A DNA stretch of 64,000 nt from Phycisphaerae bacterium (GCA_963675745.2 CAXXWX010000019.1:160001-224000), one strand, 5' to 3'. Positions 18,211 to 29,275 are shown, counted from the stretch's first letter. Numbers and translations: made by a program. The notes: generated by a model from the letters alone, not told the origin.

Positions 18211-19281
18211 ATGTCCGCCGTGCAGTGTCCGGGGTGCGGCACTCGGTACAGGGTTAAGCCGGAATCCGCCGGGAAACGCTCGAAATGCCGGAAGTGTGGA
18301 ACGGCGTTCCGGATTCCAGCGGCGCGCCCGACTGATGAGCGTTTGCAGGTGGAAATCCCGGACAGTGATGCGCTGGCCGACGGCACGACAATCGCCATTC
18401 AGCTGGCGATGGACGTTCCGGCGTCGATCCCCGCCGCCGGGCTCGGCCCGTCTGACATGCCGGTCGGTTATGCCGAGGATCAGGCGGCATCGGCGGGTGG
18501 GGGATACGGCGGTTTCTTCCGCTCGATGGCGCTGTCGGCGGCGTTTCCGGCGCGCCTGGGAGATCTGGTCACGTTCATATTCGTTGGCGTGCTTTTGGCG
18601 CTGGCGGCGACGATCCTACCTTTTGGCATGTGTATCGGTACGCTCGCGTGTCTGATCATCGTCGGGTGGTATCTGTCGTTTCTGCTGAACATCGTGGTCG
18701 GCGCCACCGCCGGTGATAGAGACCTCCCCTCGCTGACGCTGACCGAGGGCACCTGGGATGGAATCGTGTTTCCGTTCATCAAGATGTTCGCGGCGAGCGC
18801 CGTGGCCTTGCTCCCGTTTGTCGTATTCATGTGCTGTTCGGTCGCATTCGGCGGACTCGTGCTCAGCAGCGGCAGTGGACCCAGCGGCATCGGACAGCAG
18901 ATTGCCGCCGGCGGCGTACTCGTGTCCACCGTGCTGTTGCTGATGCTTGCCGGCTTTGTCTGGCCGATCGTGGTGTTGGTGGTGGCCGTTGGCGGTATTG
19001 CGGCGCTGGCCCGCATCGATCTGATCTTCCGCACGATCATCCTGTCATTCCCGGCCTATCTGCTGATCGTGCTCACTGTCTGGCTGGCGATCGGGCTGAA
19101 GTTCGCCTCCGCTGCCGCTGTGGCCGCCGCCGCCGGTTCGGGCCCGATGGTGAGCTTTGGCGCGCTGGCAATCGCGGCGCTGATGGCGTTCGTCAAGCTA
19201 TACTTCGATATCATCGCGATGCGCGCGATCGGGTTTTACTACCATCACTTCAAGCACAGGTTTGCCTGGTCGTGGGGCTAG
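18211..19281 (+). CDS. N-terminal zinc-ribbon multi-pass membrane protein
   Basis: CPGCGTRYRV...GKRSKCRKCGTAF followed by several hydrophobic segments. Confidence 0.85.
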   Translation: MSAVQCPGCGTRYRVKPESAGKRSKCRKCGTAFRIPAARPTDERLQVEIPDSDALADGTTIAIQLAMDVPASIPAAGLGPSDMPVGYAEDQAASAGGGYGGFFRSMALSAAFPARLGDLVTFIFVGVLLALAATILPFGMCIGTLACLIIVGWYLSFLLNIVVGATAGDRDLPSLTLTEGTWDGIVFPFIKMFAASAVALLPFVVFMCCSVAFGGLVLSSGSGPSGIGQQIAAGGVLVSTVLLLMLAGFVWPIVVLVVAVGGIAALARIDLIFRTIILSFPAYLLIVLTVWLAIGLKFASAAAVAAAAGSGPMVSFGALAIAALMAFVKLYFDIIAMRAIGFYYHHFKHRFAWSWG

Positions 19282-19373
19282 GGCAAGGTGAATGAACCTG
19301 CAAGCTTCGAGGGGCGCCGTCTTCGGTACCGCGCGCCGGGCAAAGAGCAGCTAACCTCCCAGGAGTGCATACG

Positions 19374-19769
19374 ATGATGTTTCAACGCGCCTATTCCGGC
19401 GCCAAATGGGAAACAGCGGTGGGATACTGCCGCGCGGTACGCGCCGGTAGCCACATCTACGTAACCGGCACGGCGCCGGTCGCCGACGATGGCAGCGTCG
19501 TCGCCCCCGGTGACGCTTACGCGCAGACGCGGCGGTGTTTCGAGCTTATCCGCCAGGCGCTGGCATACCTGGGCAGCGATCTGTCGCAGATCGTCCGCAC
19601 GCGCATGTATGTTACCGACATCAGCCGCTGGGAAGATTACGGCCGCGCTCACCATGAGGCGGTCGGCAAATACCCGCCGGCAACCACGATGGTCGAAGTG
19701 CGCGCACTGATAGACCCGCTGATGATGATCGAGATCGAGGCGGATGCGGTCTCCCCGGACTCGCCGTAG
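19374..19769 (+). CDS. RidA/YjgF-family protein
   Basis: SGAKWETAVGYCRAVRAG, VRTRMYVTD, PATTMVEV, IEIEADA. AGGAG RBS. Confidence 0.92.
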   Translation: MMFQRAYSGAKWETAVGYCRAVRAGSHIYVTGTAPVADDGSVVAPGDAYAQTRRCFELIRQALAYLGSDLSQIVRTRMYVTDISRWEDYGRAHHEAVGKYPPATTMVEVRALIDPLMMIEIEADAVSPDSP

Positions 19770-19772
19770 CGC

Positions 19773-19827
19773 GCGGTTTCAGCAGAGGTCTGTCACCTGG
19801 TAGTGTGCCACGGTTCTGTGAGCCGTG
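19773..19827 (+). repeat. Dispersed ~55-bp REP-like repeat, copy A
   Basis: GCGGTTTCA...GTGTGCCACGGTTCTGTGAGCCGTG between convergent genes. Matches 58877..58931. Confidence 0.75.
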
Positions 19828-19890
19828 AGGTTTGCGTCGAAGCCACGCTGCTCAAGAGCAGTGGCACGCCGGATGTTTTCCCAAAGCGCT

Positions 19891-20499
19891 TTAGTGGCCG
19901 TCATCCTCGCGCGGCGCCCACGTGGGCATGTTCACACCGGTGAGGCGCGTAAGGCAGACGACCTGGAGCGTGATGACAACGACGGCGATGGCCATCGCCG
20001 CCACGCCGCGTATGTCGGCGACCGCCCCGAGCGCCACAATCAGCGCCGATGCGCAGGCGGGCGCGTGCGGGCATCTTATGCGCACCAGCAACAGGCAGGT
20101 GCCCGCCAGTGCCAGTGATGCTCCGATTAGCGGCGCCCACTCGCCGGCCGTCGATGCGGCGCCCGAGGCCCCCAGGAACAGGCTGACCTCGCGCCCCGCA
20201 AGCCCACAGCCTATTCCCGTGAAATGGCCCAGGATTACGGAGCGCGGCGCGGCGGCTTGTGCAAACGGTTTGACGGACAGAGTAAACGCCGTCGGGCCCA
20301 GCGCCGGGAAGATCAGGGGCAGATCGGTCAGCCAGGCGATGAATCCGACAATCAGGATCGTCACCCCCCCGTTCAGCGCGGCGAGGAACGCGACAATGCG
20401 CTGCTCATCGTAAGCGGCCAGCATCGACGGTATGGACCAGCGGGCGCGTAACGCCAGCCATCTCAGCCGCAGCGTGGACATTCGTCGGGTCTGCTGCAT
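19891..20499 (-). CDS. HPP-family membrane protein
   Basis: PLIFPALGPTAF, AAPRSVILGH, CPHAPACASALI. Start uncertain. Confidence 0.82.
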   Translation of the reverse strand: MQQTRRMSTLRLRWLALRARWSIPSMLAAYDEQRIVAFLAALNGGVTILIVGFIAWLTDLPLIFPALGPTAFTLSVKPFAQAAAPRSVILGHFTGIGCGLAGREVSLFLGASGAASTAGEWAPLIGASLALAGTCLLLVRIRCPHAPACASALIVALGAVADIRGVAAMAIAVVVITLQVVCLTRLTGVNMPTWAPREDDGH

Positions 20500-20761
20500 G
20501 CGCCGTGCTCCCATATTCCCGTGCGGCCAGCGATATCGCACGGCGGCTCGCTTATTCCGGCCAATTGCCGGAAAGCGTATGCGCACCGCGCACGGAATTA
20601 CATGTGGAGCCAACCGCGGCGCTTGGCGCAGCCGCACCGCTCCCCTCGTGCCATCGGCTGTCATGGACAGTGGCTTGATGAGGCTCCGCGCGGCGCTCCC
20701 GCCGACAATCTTGCGGTGTGCGGCGGTCGTGCCGGCGGGCGCATGTATTACCGGAAGGTTG

Positions 20762-23110
20762 TCATTCCCCGACTTTCCATTCCAGTATGCCGCCGGAGAA
20801 GTCCGGCTGGAGCTGCACCTCGATCATCAGCCCATCGGTCGTTACGGGGTCGAATGTCACGCGGTTGTACCGATCACCGGCCGTGCCGCACGGTGACGCG
20901 TTGCCGACGGGCTGCCACTGGTCGCCGACCCGGTATTGCAACTGCCACGAAGACGGCACGCGGCACCCGCCATCTTTCTGCCGGTCATCAAACCAGTAGA
21001 CCTCGGTCCAGGATACGTTGCGCGGTTTATCGAATTCATAACGCACCCACTCCCGCGAGCCGCGCCGATCCCACCAGGTGAACCGGGGAATGCTGTGATC
21101 GCCTGAGCCGGCGGGCTCTATCCGATCGTGTAGTGCCCTGGTCGTATCGCGCGCAAAACAGTGTGAGGCGCTGGGCGTGATACCGCCGACCGGTGGCGCC
21201 TCAACCAGTGTGGGTGATTCGGGCAGCCACACGACCATCTCCCCCGGTGCCCGATTTGCCCACGCGTAATAGGGGATCGCCAGGAACTCGACCGGCTCTA
21301 CGGCCATGGCCGGCCGGTAAAGCGCGCCGCTCCAGTCGTCCCACTCCTCGTGGGCCACGCCCATCGCCGTACCGCGCAGCACTGTTACTCCGCCGAGCGT
21401 ATCCGGCCGGTGTTCGGCTACCAGCGCCGCGGTGCGCGGGAGTGCCAGGTTGCGCACGGTGCCGTTGTTGTCCGCGCCTTCGAGGCAATAGACGATCGGG
21501 CCGCGCTGCAAGGCGACGCGCCCGCGGTCGGCGGCGACCTGCGGATGCGCTTCAATGCGCTGGATCGACATCGGTAGAACGAGTTCGACAACGTCGCCAC
21601 GCTGCCACTGCCGCCGCACTGTGACGTAACCGTCGCGCACGGGGGAGTCTGTGACCGGCTGGCCGTTCAGCACCACCTGTGCCCCGTGGCACCAGCCCGG
21701 AATGCGAACATGCAACGCAAACTCGACCGGCGCTTCCGGTTCGAGTGTCAGCCGAACGGCGCCTTGCCAGGGGTAGCGCGTTTGCTGTTTGAGCACGATT
21801 GGCGTGTCGAGCAGGGTGATGTCCGCGCGGCCGGCGATGAACAGGTTGACATAGAGCGCGTCGTCCGCCTGCGCGTAGATGTAACCGCCCAGCGACAGCA
21901 GCAGCCGGGCCAGGTTGGGTGGGCAACATGCGCACCCGAACCATTCAACGCGGCGATTATCGCCTCGGCTCGCCAGCGGATTCGTGTAGAAAAAGTGCTT
22001 ACCGTCCAGCGCGATGCCCGAGAGCACGCCGTTATAGAGCGCGCGTTCGAGCACATCCACGTAGCGCGCGTCGCGATATAGCAGGTTCAGCCGGTGATTC
22101 CACAGCACCATCCCGATCGCCGCACAGGTTTCCGCGTAGGCCTGGTCATTGGGCAGATCGTAGGCGACGGTGAAGCCCTCGTTGTGGCCCGACGGGCCGA
22201 TGCCGCCGGTGATGTACATTTTCCGGCCGATCAGGTCGTCCCAGATCCGCGCCATGGCGTCCAAATAGCCCTGGTCACCGGTGATCGCCGCGACATCGGC
22301 CATACCGCAGTAGAGGTACATCGCGCGGACGGCGTGGCCGACGATTGTGTCATGGTTGCGAGCCGGCGCGTGATCCTGGCAATAGTCGCCGTAGAGTTCC
22401 CGGCCTTCGGCCCGGCCGCGCTGGTCGAGGAAGAACTCGGCCAGGTTGAGGTAGCGCTCGTCGCCGGTGTGCTGGGCCAGGGCCACGAGCGCCAGCTCGA
22501 TCTCCTCGTGGCCGGGCACCTCGACCCGCTTGCCGGGGCCGAAGCGCGCGTCGATCAGATCCGCGAAACGGATGGCCACATCCAGCAGCTTCCGCTCGCC
22601 GGTGGCCTGGTGGTAGGCGATTCCGGCTTCGAAAAGGTGCCCGGCGCAATAGAGCTCATGGCGGTTGCGCACGTCGGACCACTTCTCTTCACCGGTCAGC
22701 GAGTAGAAAGTGTTGAGATAACCATCCTGCTCCTGGGCCTTGGCGATGCGGGCGATGAGCTGGTCCATTTCGCCGCGCAGGTCGGCGTCGGGCCGCGTCG
22801 CGAGTGCATAGCCGGCCGCCTCAATGGCCTTGTAGACGTCCGAGTCGTTGAAGAAGGCGCCTTCGTGGTCGCCCGCCAGCGCGCCGGCGGCCTTATCGAA
22901 GTTGCTGAGTCGCCCGGTTTCGTCGCACATCCTGAAGATGTGCGGCAGCGTCTGCTTGCGCGTGGTCTCGACGCGCGCAGCCCAGAACTCATCCTCGATC
23001 GTCACGTCTGTCAGCGGAACCGCGCGGAGCGCGTCAGGCGCGGCGCTCGCGGATCGGATGTCGTGCAACGTCAATCCTCCCAGCAGTATTAATCCCAGGG
23101 CAAAACGCAT
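20762..23110 (-). CDS. Secreted GH127 (beta-L-arabinofuranosidase-like, DUF1680) with C-terminal discoidin-like domain
   Basis: FNDSDVYK, HELYCAGH, GHEEIELAL, GHAVRA, YAETCA, WFGCACCPPN. GGAGG RBS and signal peptide at 23110. The ORF-track extension to 23761 overlaps the next gene. Confidence 0.93.
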   Translation of the reverse strand: MRFALGLILLGGLTLHDIRSASAAPDALRAVPLTDVTIEDEFWAARVETTRKQTLPHIFRMCDETGRLSNFDKAAGALAGDHEGAFFNDSDVYKAIEAAGYALATRPDADLRGEMDQLIARIAKAQEQDGYLNTFYSLTGEEKWSDVRNRHELYCAGHLFEAGIAYHQATGERKLLDVAIRFADLIDARFGPGKRVEVPGHEEIELALVALAQHTGDERYLNLAEFFLDQRGRAEGRELYGDYCQDHAPARNHDTIVGHAVRAMYLYCGMADVAAITGDQGYLDAMARIWDDLIGRKMYITGGIGPSGHNEGFTVAYDLPNDQAYAETCAAIGMVLWNHRLNLLYRDARYVDVLERALYNGVLSGIALDGKHFFYTNPLASRGDNRRVEWFGCACCPPNLARLLLSLGGYIYAQADDALYVNLFIAGRADITLLDTPIVLKQQTRYPWQGAVRLTLEPEAPVEFALHVRIPGWCHGAQVVLNGQPVTDSPVRDGYVTVRRQWQRGDVVELVLPMSIQRIEAHPQVAADRGRVALQRGPIVYCLEGADNNGTVRNLALPRTAALVAEHRPDTLGGVTVLRGTAMGVAHEEWDDWSGALYRPAMAVEPVEFLAIPYYAWANRAPGEMVVWLPESPTLVEAPPVGGITPSASHCFARDTTRALHDRIEPAGSGDHSIPRFTWWDRRGSREWVRYEFDKPRNVSWTEVYWFDDRQKDGGCRVPSSWQLQYRVGDQWQPVGNASPCGTAGDRYNRVTFDPVTTDGLMIEVQLQPDFSGGILEWKVGE

Positions 23111-23339
23111 CGGTCCGCACCTCCGGACAATGAAACCATTCAGCAGCAAACGCCGAGGCGGCATCTTAGGCGTGCGCACGAGATGCTCGCAAGCGTGCAA
23201 TGGAAGGCCGATCAGCCGCTCGACGTGCCGGCAGCGGACGCCTGGCGAGCGAATAATCGCGGATCGCCACTGACGGCCGTTCCGCCGAGCCTTATACTTG
23301 GTGGGTATAGCGGCCGATTCCCGATCAGGGGGTCTAGCG

Positions 23340-26300
23340 GTGGACCAAGACGATCTGAGGTTGCAGCTTGAGCGGCTCGCGAAGCGTCTGGATCGCGTCG
23401 AGGAGATGCTGAACATCCGCGGCGATGTGGATGCCCCCGGCGAATCGGACGAGCCATCTCCAACGGCGGCGGAACAGGCTGCCCAGGCGCCGCCGGGTCC
23501 GGCCTGGGCTGACAAGCTCTCCGAGATAGCCGCAAAGCGTCGGGCCGACGAAATCACGGATGAGCCGGGCGAGCCGACCGAGACAGTCAAGCCGAGCGCG
23601 GTGTCAGCCGAGCGCCGCCGTGAGGGCCCATCACTGGAGTTCACCATCGGCGGTCGCTGGATGGCGTGGGCCGGGGCGATCATCGTAGTCATCGCCGTGG
23701 CGTTTTTCGTCAAGCTCGCGGTGGACGAGGGCTGGTTCGGCCGCCTGCCGCCGCTGGCCAAATGCCTGCTGGCCGCGGGTTTTGGCGGGCTGTTGATCGC
23801 CGCCGGTGAGTGGGCGCTGCGTTATGTCGGCCGTCCCGCGGCGGTTGGGTTATTCGGCGCCGGAATCGGCACTCTCTATCTCACATCCTATGCTACGTTC
23901 CGATTCTTCAACCTGCTGGACGAATCGGGCGCTTTCATTCTGCTGGCGTTGACCGCGTTGTTCGGCATCATGCTGACCGTCAGGGCCCGTATGCTCACGA
24001 TCGGCGTGCTTTCCCTGACCGGCGGTTATCTCGCCCCCATTCTGCTGAGTGGCGCCTCCACATTCGTGACCGCATTGCCGACCTACCTTACCGCGCTGCT
24101 GGCCATCGCACTGGCGCTCTCGACCTGGCGCGATCGCCCCTTTCGCTCGTTGCGCTACGTGGCGTTATGTGCGCATGCCGCCGTGGCCGCATTGTGGGCG
24201 CTCAGCGAAGGCCGGGAACACGTCACCGTAGCGCTGAGCTTCATGTCACTGTGGTGGCTGATGATTGCCGGTGAGGCCATGCTGACGGCGTGGCGTGGCG
24301 AAACCGCGACCGGCAATACGGTCATGAGCCTGCTATCAACGCTGTGGTTCGTGACGGTCGGCTGCTGGGTGCTGGCGGATATTGACCCGGGCGGGCGTGA
24401 CTGGACGGGGTTATTCACGCTGCTGGTTGCGCTGGCCGCCGCCACGATGGCCTATGCGAACGGGCCGCGCCTGGAGGCGCTGCGCGCGCCGCCGCAAACG
24501 GCCATTGCCAAGCTGGCGATGGCGCTGTGGGCTCAGGTTGGTGTGTTGCTCGCGGTGGCGATTGCGCTGCAGTTCGAAGACTACGGCCAGTCGATCGGCT
24601 GGCTGGCGCTGGCGTTGGCAGCGGTGGAGATCGGCCGGCGGTTGCCCTCCGGCAACGTGGCCGCGTTTGGACTCCTGGTTGGAGCCCTCGCTTTGATCAG
24701 AGTTGCGGCACTCGACCCGTTTCTGCCGGCGTTGCGCACGGAGCTGTGTTCCCTGGGCGATGTCAGCATCACTCACTGGTCATTGCTGGCGCTGGCGGCC
24801 ATCTGTGCAACCCACGCGGCGGCGCATCGAATACGCCTCGAGCGCAAGCACCTCACCAACTCGCTCCGCGCTTTTCTATCGTGCCTGAGCGTCGCCGGGT
24901 GGTTGGGGCTCTGTGTTGTTCAATGCGAGGATCTGGCGGTTCCGGGCGGCTGGCTGATCGCGGCGGTGTTGCTGCTTGGCTTTGAGCGACTCGGCCGCGC
25001 GCAGCGATATCTCGAGGCGGCGCTGCTGGTGCTGGCGCTGACGGCGGCACACTGGTTGATCAATGATGCCATCCTGGGCCGCCTGAGCCCCGGCTGGAGT
25101 CCAACCAGCACTTGGCCGCTGCTGAACGCACAGATGGCGGTCGCGGCGGCCATCACCGCCGCCGGCTGGTGGGCCGCCAGAATCCTGAGCCTGCGGGAAA
25201 TCAGCACTGATGAACCGCAACGCCACAGTCACGACGTGGCGTGGCAGGCCGTGCTGGTCTGCGGGGCGGTTCTGATGCTGATCAGCCTGAGCATGGAGGT
25301 CGATCGGGCCGTCGAGCGCGTCGTCGCCGGCGTGGATGTTGAGTGGTCGGTGCGGCACGTGCGCCAATTGCTGCTCACCATACTGTGGGCCGTTGGCGGT
25401 CTGGGACTCGGCATGGTGGGCCGCGCGCTTGCCGGCCGACAGCGCGACGGCCAGATGTTCGGTGTGAATCTCGTTATCCGCTTTGCCTGGGGCATGCTGC
25501 TGGCGTGCGCCGGGAAGTGGATCATCATCGATTGCGTGGTGGTCGGCCGGCTGATGGACCTCGAACGTGCCGCGACGGTCGCGTGGCCGCTGCTGAACAC
25601 CCAGATGCTGGCCGGTGGTGTGGTCATCGGCGCATTGCTCGTCTTCTACATCACTTCCGGCGTCGCGGCGGCCGTCGGCACGGCAGCGCGGGACGAAGGC
25701 CGATCGGGCTGGCTCACCGCCGCGGCCTGGTTGCCGGTTGCCGGGTGCCTGATGTTGCTCTGGGGTCTGACGTTCGAGCTTGATCGAGCGATCGGCCGCT
25801 GGGAGGCCTCGCGGCCGGAAGACTGGTCACCGCTCTGGCCCGCGTTTCAACTGCGCCTGCTCTGGTGGACCGCGCTGTGTGCGGTCGGCGGGCTGACCAT
25901 GTTCGTTTATGGTCGATTCCGTGCGCGCGGGCCGATGGTCTCGGGCGGTGTGCGCCTGCTGTTTGCCATGGTGTGTGTCTGGCTCGTGCTTGACACGCTC
26001 GTCGAGCGCATCAATCAGGGAGTGGCTCTTGTGCCGGTTGTATTCAACCTCCAGTTTGCCGTCGGCGCGTTGTTGATAGTGCTATTGGTGATTGCAATCC
26101 GCCTGGCCCGCGCGGAAGTCGTAGGCGCGATCGTGCCGCACAGCGTGCCGCTCGCGTGGATGCTGGTTGGAATGCTCGGTCTCTGGCTGGGGACGCTCGA
26201 GCTGGATCGCCTTTTCGCCCCCGAGGCCGGACGCATACAGCGGGCCGCGATGGCCCGTCACACGGCGCTCAGCGTTTACTGGAGCGTCTATGCCATCGTG

Positions 26301-26534
26301 CTCGTGGCCCTTGGATTCACCTACCGTTCGACCTGGTGCCGCTACGCCGGCCTGGCGCTGCTTGCCTTCGGTTTGGCCAAGGTGCTGATCATCGACATGT
26401 CGGAGGTGCGTTACATCTATCGTGTGTTCTCGCTGCTGGGTGTTGGCCTGCTGCTCGTGGCCACATCGGTCGCCTACGGAAAACTGGCGCCGCGCCTGCT
26501 GGCGCGTCCCGACCCGCCGCCGCCGGGACCGTGA
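23340..26534 (+). CDS. DUF2339-family large membrane protein
   Basis: SLEFTIGGRWMAWAG, GGYLAPILL, C-terminal KVLIIDMSEV..IYRVFSLLGVGLLLV. Many TM segments. Confidence 0.88.
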   Translation: MDQDDLRLQLERLAKRLDRVEEMLNIRGDVDAPGESDEPSPTAAEQAAQAPPGPAWADKLSEIAAKRRADEITDEPGEPTETVKPSAVSAERRREGPSLEFTIGGRWMAWAGAIIVVIAVAFFVKLAVDEGWFGRLPPLAKCLLAAGFGGLLIAAGEWALRYVGRPAAVGLFGAGIGTLYLTSYATFRFFNLLDESGAFILLALTALFGIMLTVRARMLTIGVLSLTGGYLAPILLSGASTFVTALPTYLTALLAIALALSTWRDRPFRSLRYVALCAHAAVAALWALSEGREHVTVALSFMSLWWLMIAGEAMLTAWRGETATGNTVMSLLSTLWFVTVGCWVLADIDPGGRDWTGLFTLLVALAAATMAYANGPRLEALRAPPQTAIAKLAMALWAQVGVLLAVAIALQFEDYGQSIGWLALALAAVEIGRRLPSGNVAAFGLLVGALALIRVAALDPFLPALRTELCSLGDVSITHWSLLALAAICATHAAAHRIRLERKHLTNSLRAFLSCLSVAGWLGLCVVQCEDLAVPGGWLIAAVLLLGFERLGRAQRYLEAALLVLALTAAHWLINDAILGRLSPGWSPTSTWPLLNAQMAVAAAITAAGWWAARILSLREISTDEPQRHSHDVAWQAVLVCGAVLMLISLSMEVDRAVERVVAGVDVEWSVRHVRQLLLTILWAVGGLGLGMVGRALAGRQRDGQMFGVNLVIRFAWGMLLACAGKWIIIDCVVVGRLMDLERAATVAWPLLNTQMLAGGVVIGALLVFYITSGVAAAVGTAARDEGRSGWLTAAAWLPVAGCLMLLWGLTFELDRAIGRWEASRPEDWSPLWPAFQLRLLWWTALCAVGGLTMFVYGRFRARGPMVSGGVRLLFAMVCVWLVLDTLVERINQGVALVPVVFNLQFAVGALLIVLLVIAIRLARAEVVGAIVPHSVPLAWMLVGMLGLWLGTLELDRLFAPEAGRIQRAAMARHTALSVYWSVYAIVLVALGFTYRSTWCRYAGLALLAFGLAKVLIIDMSEVRYIYRVFSLLGVGLLLVATSVAYGKLAPRLLARPDPPPPGP

Positions 26535-26827
26535 CGCGTCAAGTCTGCAAGCAACGCAAGCGACGGGAAAGGTAGCGTAGGTCGAGCACAGAGAGGCCTG
26601 CCGGCGGATCAGGTCACCTATTCCCGTTGGCCAGCTGCATGCTGGCCACGGGTTTCGGCGACCGTGACCGGCGCGCTCCCACGCGGTATACTCACCGTTA
26701 TGTCGCACGGTGATATTGGTTGCCACGCACCGGACGCCGTGCCGGAGCCTGTGGTGAGAAACGCCGCGATACATCGCGATTCGCCAGCGCCCCGTGGGCG
26801 GAGGCGCCCTATTGGGGGGGCAGCAGC

Positions 26828-29269
26828 ATGAGCAGGTACGGGTTCTCGATTCGTTGTCCACATTGCTTCGAATGGAGTGACTGGCCAGACGCCGACCCTA
26901 AGGCGTACGTGCTTGAGTCGGAGGAGGACCGCCAGGAAATCGTCCAGCGGCTCTATAACGATCCACAGGGGTTCGCGGACAAGCGGATGCTTCGCTGCCA
27001 GTCACCGGGAGGTGATTGTCCTGCGCCATTTGAGGCCTTTATCTGCCCCGACCGCGACAGCGCACACGCGTTCGTAGAACAGATCCCGACCTGGGCGTTA
27101 CGGCGCGCGTTTCGCCTGCATAAGTTGAACCACCAATCACGCTGGCCAGAGTATGTCGCGGTCATCTGTTGCACTAAGCCCGTCGCTCGGCAGCGCTATA
27201 TCGAGCTTGAGAGGCTAATTGACAGGACGCTGCTTAGTCGGTCGATCGTTGGCATGGCAGAGGAAGTGGGCGCTCCGATCACGGTCTACGCTGCGAAGTT
27301 CTTCGAAGTTTACGGAAAAGTGCATAAGTTCTGGATCCCCGTCGAGGCATACCATCCGGATCGACCGCACATTCCTCCGCGGTATAACCTCTTCTGCGAA
27401 GAGTGCCGCGAGGCCACGATCGGGCCGCTTCTGGATAAGTTCGACGGCAGCGTGTCCACGGAGTCGTGCCCAATTGGATTTGGGCGCGATGGGCTCTGCG
27501 CCGGAGGCGAGGCCGCGTGTGAGGAAGGCGACTGGAATCGTTGTCCTGCGTTCCTTCAAGCGCGTCGGGATCACGGTCTTTGCTATTTGTCATACCAGCA
27601 GATCATCGACGAGCTTGAGCGTAAATGGGGCCAAAACGAGCTTAAGGAACCGAAGAACGAGAGGTGGCACTGCTGGGCGGGCTTTCGCGAGATCGCCGTG
27701 CCGATAGTCGTCCATGACCATCTGGTCGCCGTTGCCATGAGCGGCCAGATTGTCGAACGCCGGAGCAAGTTGCCGGACGTGCCCACGCTTGTCAAAGAGC
27801 ATAAGCTTCTGGCCCCGGGCGAAGCGCGTCTGGAATCCCTCGTGCAGTTGCTAGGAGGCCAACGACCGCCGCGTGACGATCGTGAACGGCACACGTTGGG
27901 ATTCTGCCTCACGCAGAAGGAGATCGCCGAGCGTGCAGGCCTGTTGCAGAAGAACATCGCCCGGATCGTCCTTGCCGCCACCGCGCACTACGGACATAAG
28001 CGCGCCCGCAGCGAAGCAGTGTTTCGCCACGAATTGCTCAGCCATGTCAACTCTCCTTCCAGCAGCCCGGTTTGGTACGAAGATCTGCTCTTGACGGTCT
28101 TGGAGCGCATGCGCGAGTTCTGGGCATTCAAGGCCACGTATCTGCTGCGCTGGGAACACGGGGCTGGCCGATTGTCGGCCACGGCGCGTAGCACTCAATC
28201 CGCCCCAGGGTTGGTGTTCTCCGATGGCGAGAAGGTGCTTGGAACAATCAAGGGTGGCCCAGCACAGACCCATCCGCTTCCCTACCTGTTTGATATCGCG
28301 CGCCAGGTTAGCCCTCCGAACACGTGGGTCAGGCGTTTTGGCGACATCTTGATGAATGCGCGCGTCGACCCTGACCTCCAGATCCCCCCGGGGCACGTCT
28401 ACTTTCTCGTATCGATTCCCTTTGCGGATGAGAGCTACGCGTTTGTCTTCGCAGTGCGGGATAACGAGGTGGTGAGCCCCCTGCGCCGTCTGCTCACAGC
28501 CGGGATAAGCGAGATCTGTCAGGAGGCCATCCTGGAAACCACGACGGCGGTGGCCCACGCGCTACGCGAATTGTATCAGCGGTTTGCCCGCGAGGAGCAT
28601 ATCAAGTATGACGCGTGGCGCCGGCTATCGGAACGCGTTGCCCACAAGATTGGCAACCGGGTATTCGCGGCATTGGGTGCGCATCGACGCCTGAAGCCGG
28701 CCATCACGGACAAGGCCGGCGATGCGCTGGACAAGATCCAGAGATGTCTCGTGCAGATCAATCGCGCGTGCAACGACTTCAAGCGCTTCAGCCGTTTGCC
28801 GCCGACTCGATTCGAGCAGACGAACATCGCCGCGTTGGTTAGGGAAGAGTTGCGCGAACACCAGGGCGATCTTGGGGACCGCTTCGTGGACGCTGATATC
28901 GCATCGGATTTGCCAACGTGTACGTGGGATGGCGACCAGATTCGGTATGCGCTTGCCGAGTTGCTCGACAACGCCGTTCACCACACCGCGGACCGTGACG
29001 CGTTGCGCATCAAGGTTCATCGCGCCGATGAGGATGATCCACCGAGCATCCGGATTCTCATCGAAAACCCCGGCGTGGGAATCGACACGAGCCTCAAAGA
29101 CAAAGTGTACGAACCATTCTTCACAACGCGACCAGACGGATCAGGGTTGGGACTTGCCATTGTCCACCAGATCGTCACACAGCACGGCGGAAAGATTCGG
29201 GAAGACGGCGAGCCTGGTCGGTACGCTCGCTTCGTGATCGAGTTACCGGTTCACCCTGAAATGGAGTAA
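26828..29269 (+). CDS. Cytoplasmic sensor histidine kinase with Cys-rich PocR-like input region
   Basis: HCWAGFREIAVPIVVHDHLVAVAMSGQI (PocR-like). H-box VAHKIGN, N-box ELLDNA, YEPFFTT, GSGLGL. Confidence 0.88.
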   Translation: MSRYGFSIRCPHCFEWSDWPDADPKAYVLESEEDRQEIVQRLYNDPQGFADKRMLRCQSPGGDCPAPFEAFICPDRDSAHAFVEQIPTWALRRAFRLHKLNHQSRWPEYVAVICCTKPVARQRYIELERLIDRTLLSRSIVGMAEEVGAPITVYAAKFFEVYGKVHKFWIPVEAYHPDRPHIPPRYNLFCEECREATIGPLLDKFDGSVSTESCPIGFGRDGLCAGGEAACEEGDWNRCPAFLQARRDHGLCYLSYQQIIDELERKWGQNELKEPKNERWHCWAGFREIAVPIVVHDHLVAVAMSGQIVERRSKLPDVPTLVKEHKLLAPGEARLESLVQLLGGQRPPRDDRERHTLGFCLTQKEIAERAGLLQKNIARIVLAATAHYGHKRARSEAVFRHELLSHVNSPSSSPVWYEDLLLTVLERMREFWAFKATYLLRWEHGAGRLSATARSTQSAPGLVFSDGEKVLGTIKGGPAQTHPLPYLFDIARQVSPPNTWVRRFGDILMNARVDPDLQIPPGHVYFLVSIPFADESYAFVFAVRDNEVVSPLRRLLTAGISEICQEAILETTTAVAHALRELYQRFAREEHIKYDAWRRLSERVAHKIGNRVFAALGAHRRLKPAITDKAGDALDKIQRCLVQINRACNDFKRFSRLPPTRFEQTNIAALVREELREHQGDLGDRFVDADIASDLPTCTWDGDQIRYALAELLDNAVHHTADRDALRIKVHRADEDDPPSIRILIENPGVGIDTSLKDKVYEPFFTTRPDGSGLGLAIVHQIVTQHGGKIREDGEPGRYARFVIELPVHPEME

Positions 29270-29275
29270 CGCGCC

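Noticed and set aside
23111..23761. N-terminal extension of the GH127 ORF to 999 aa
   Set aside because: It overlaps the DUF2339 gene antisense. The RBS and signal peptide indicate a start at 23110.
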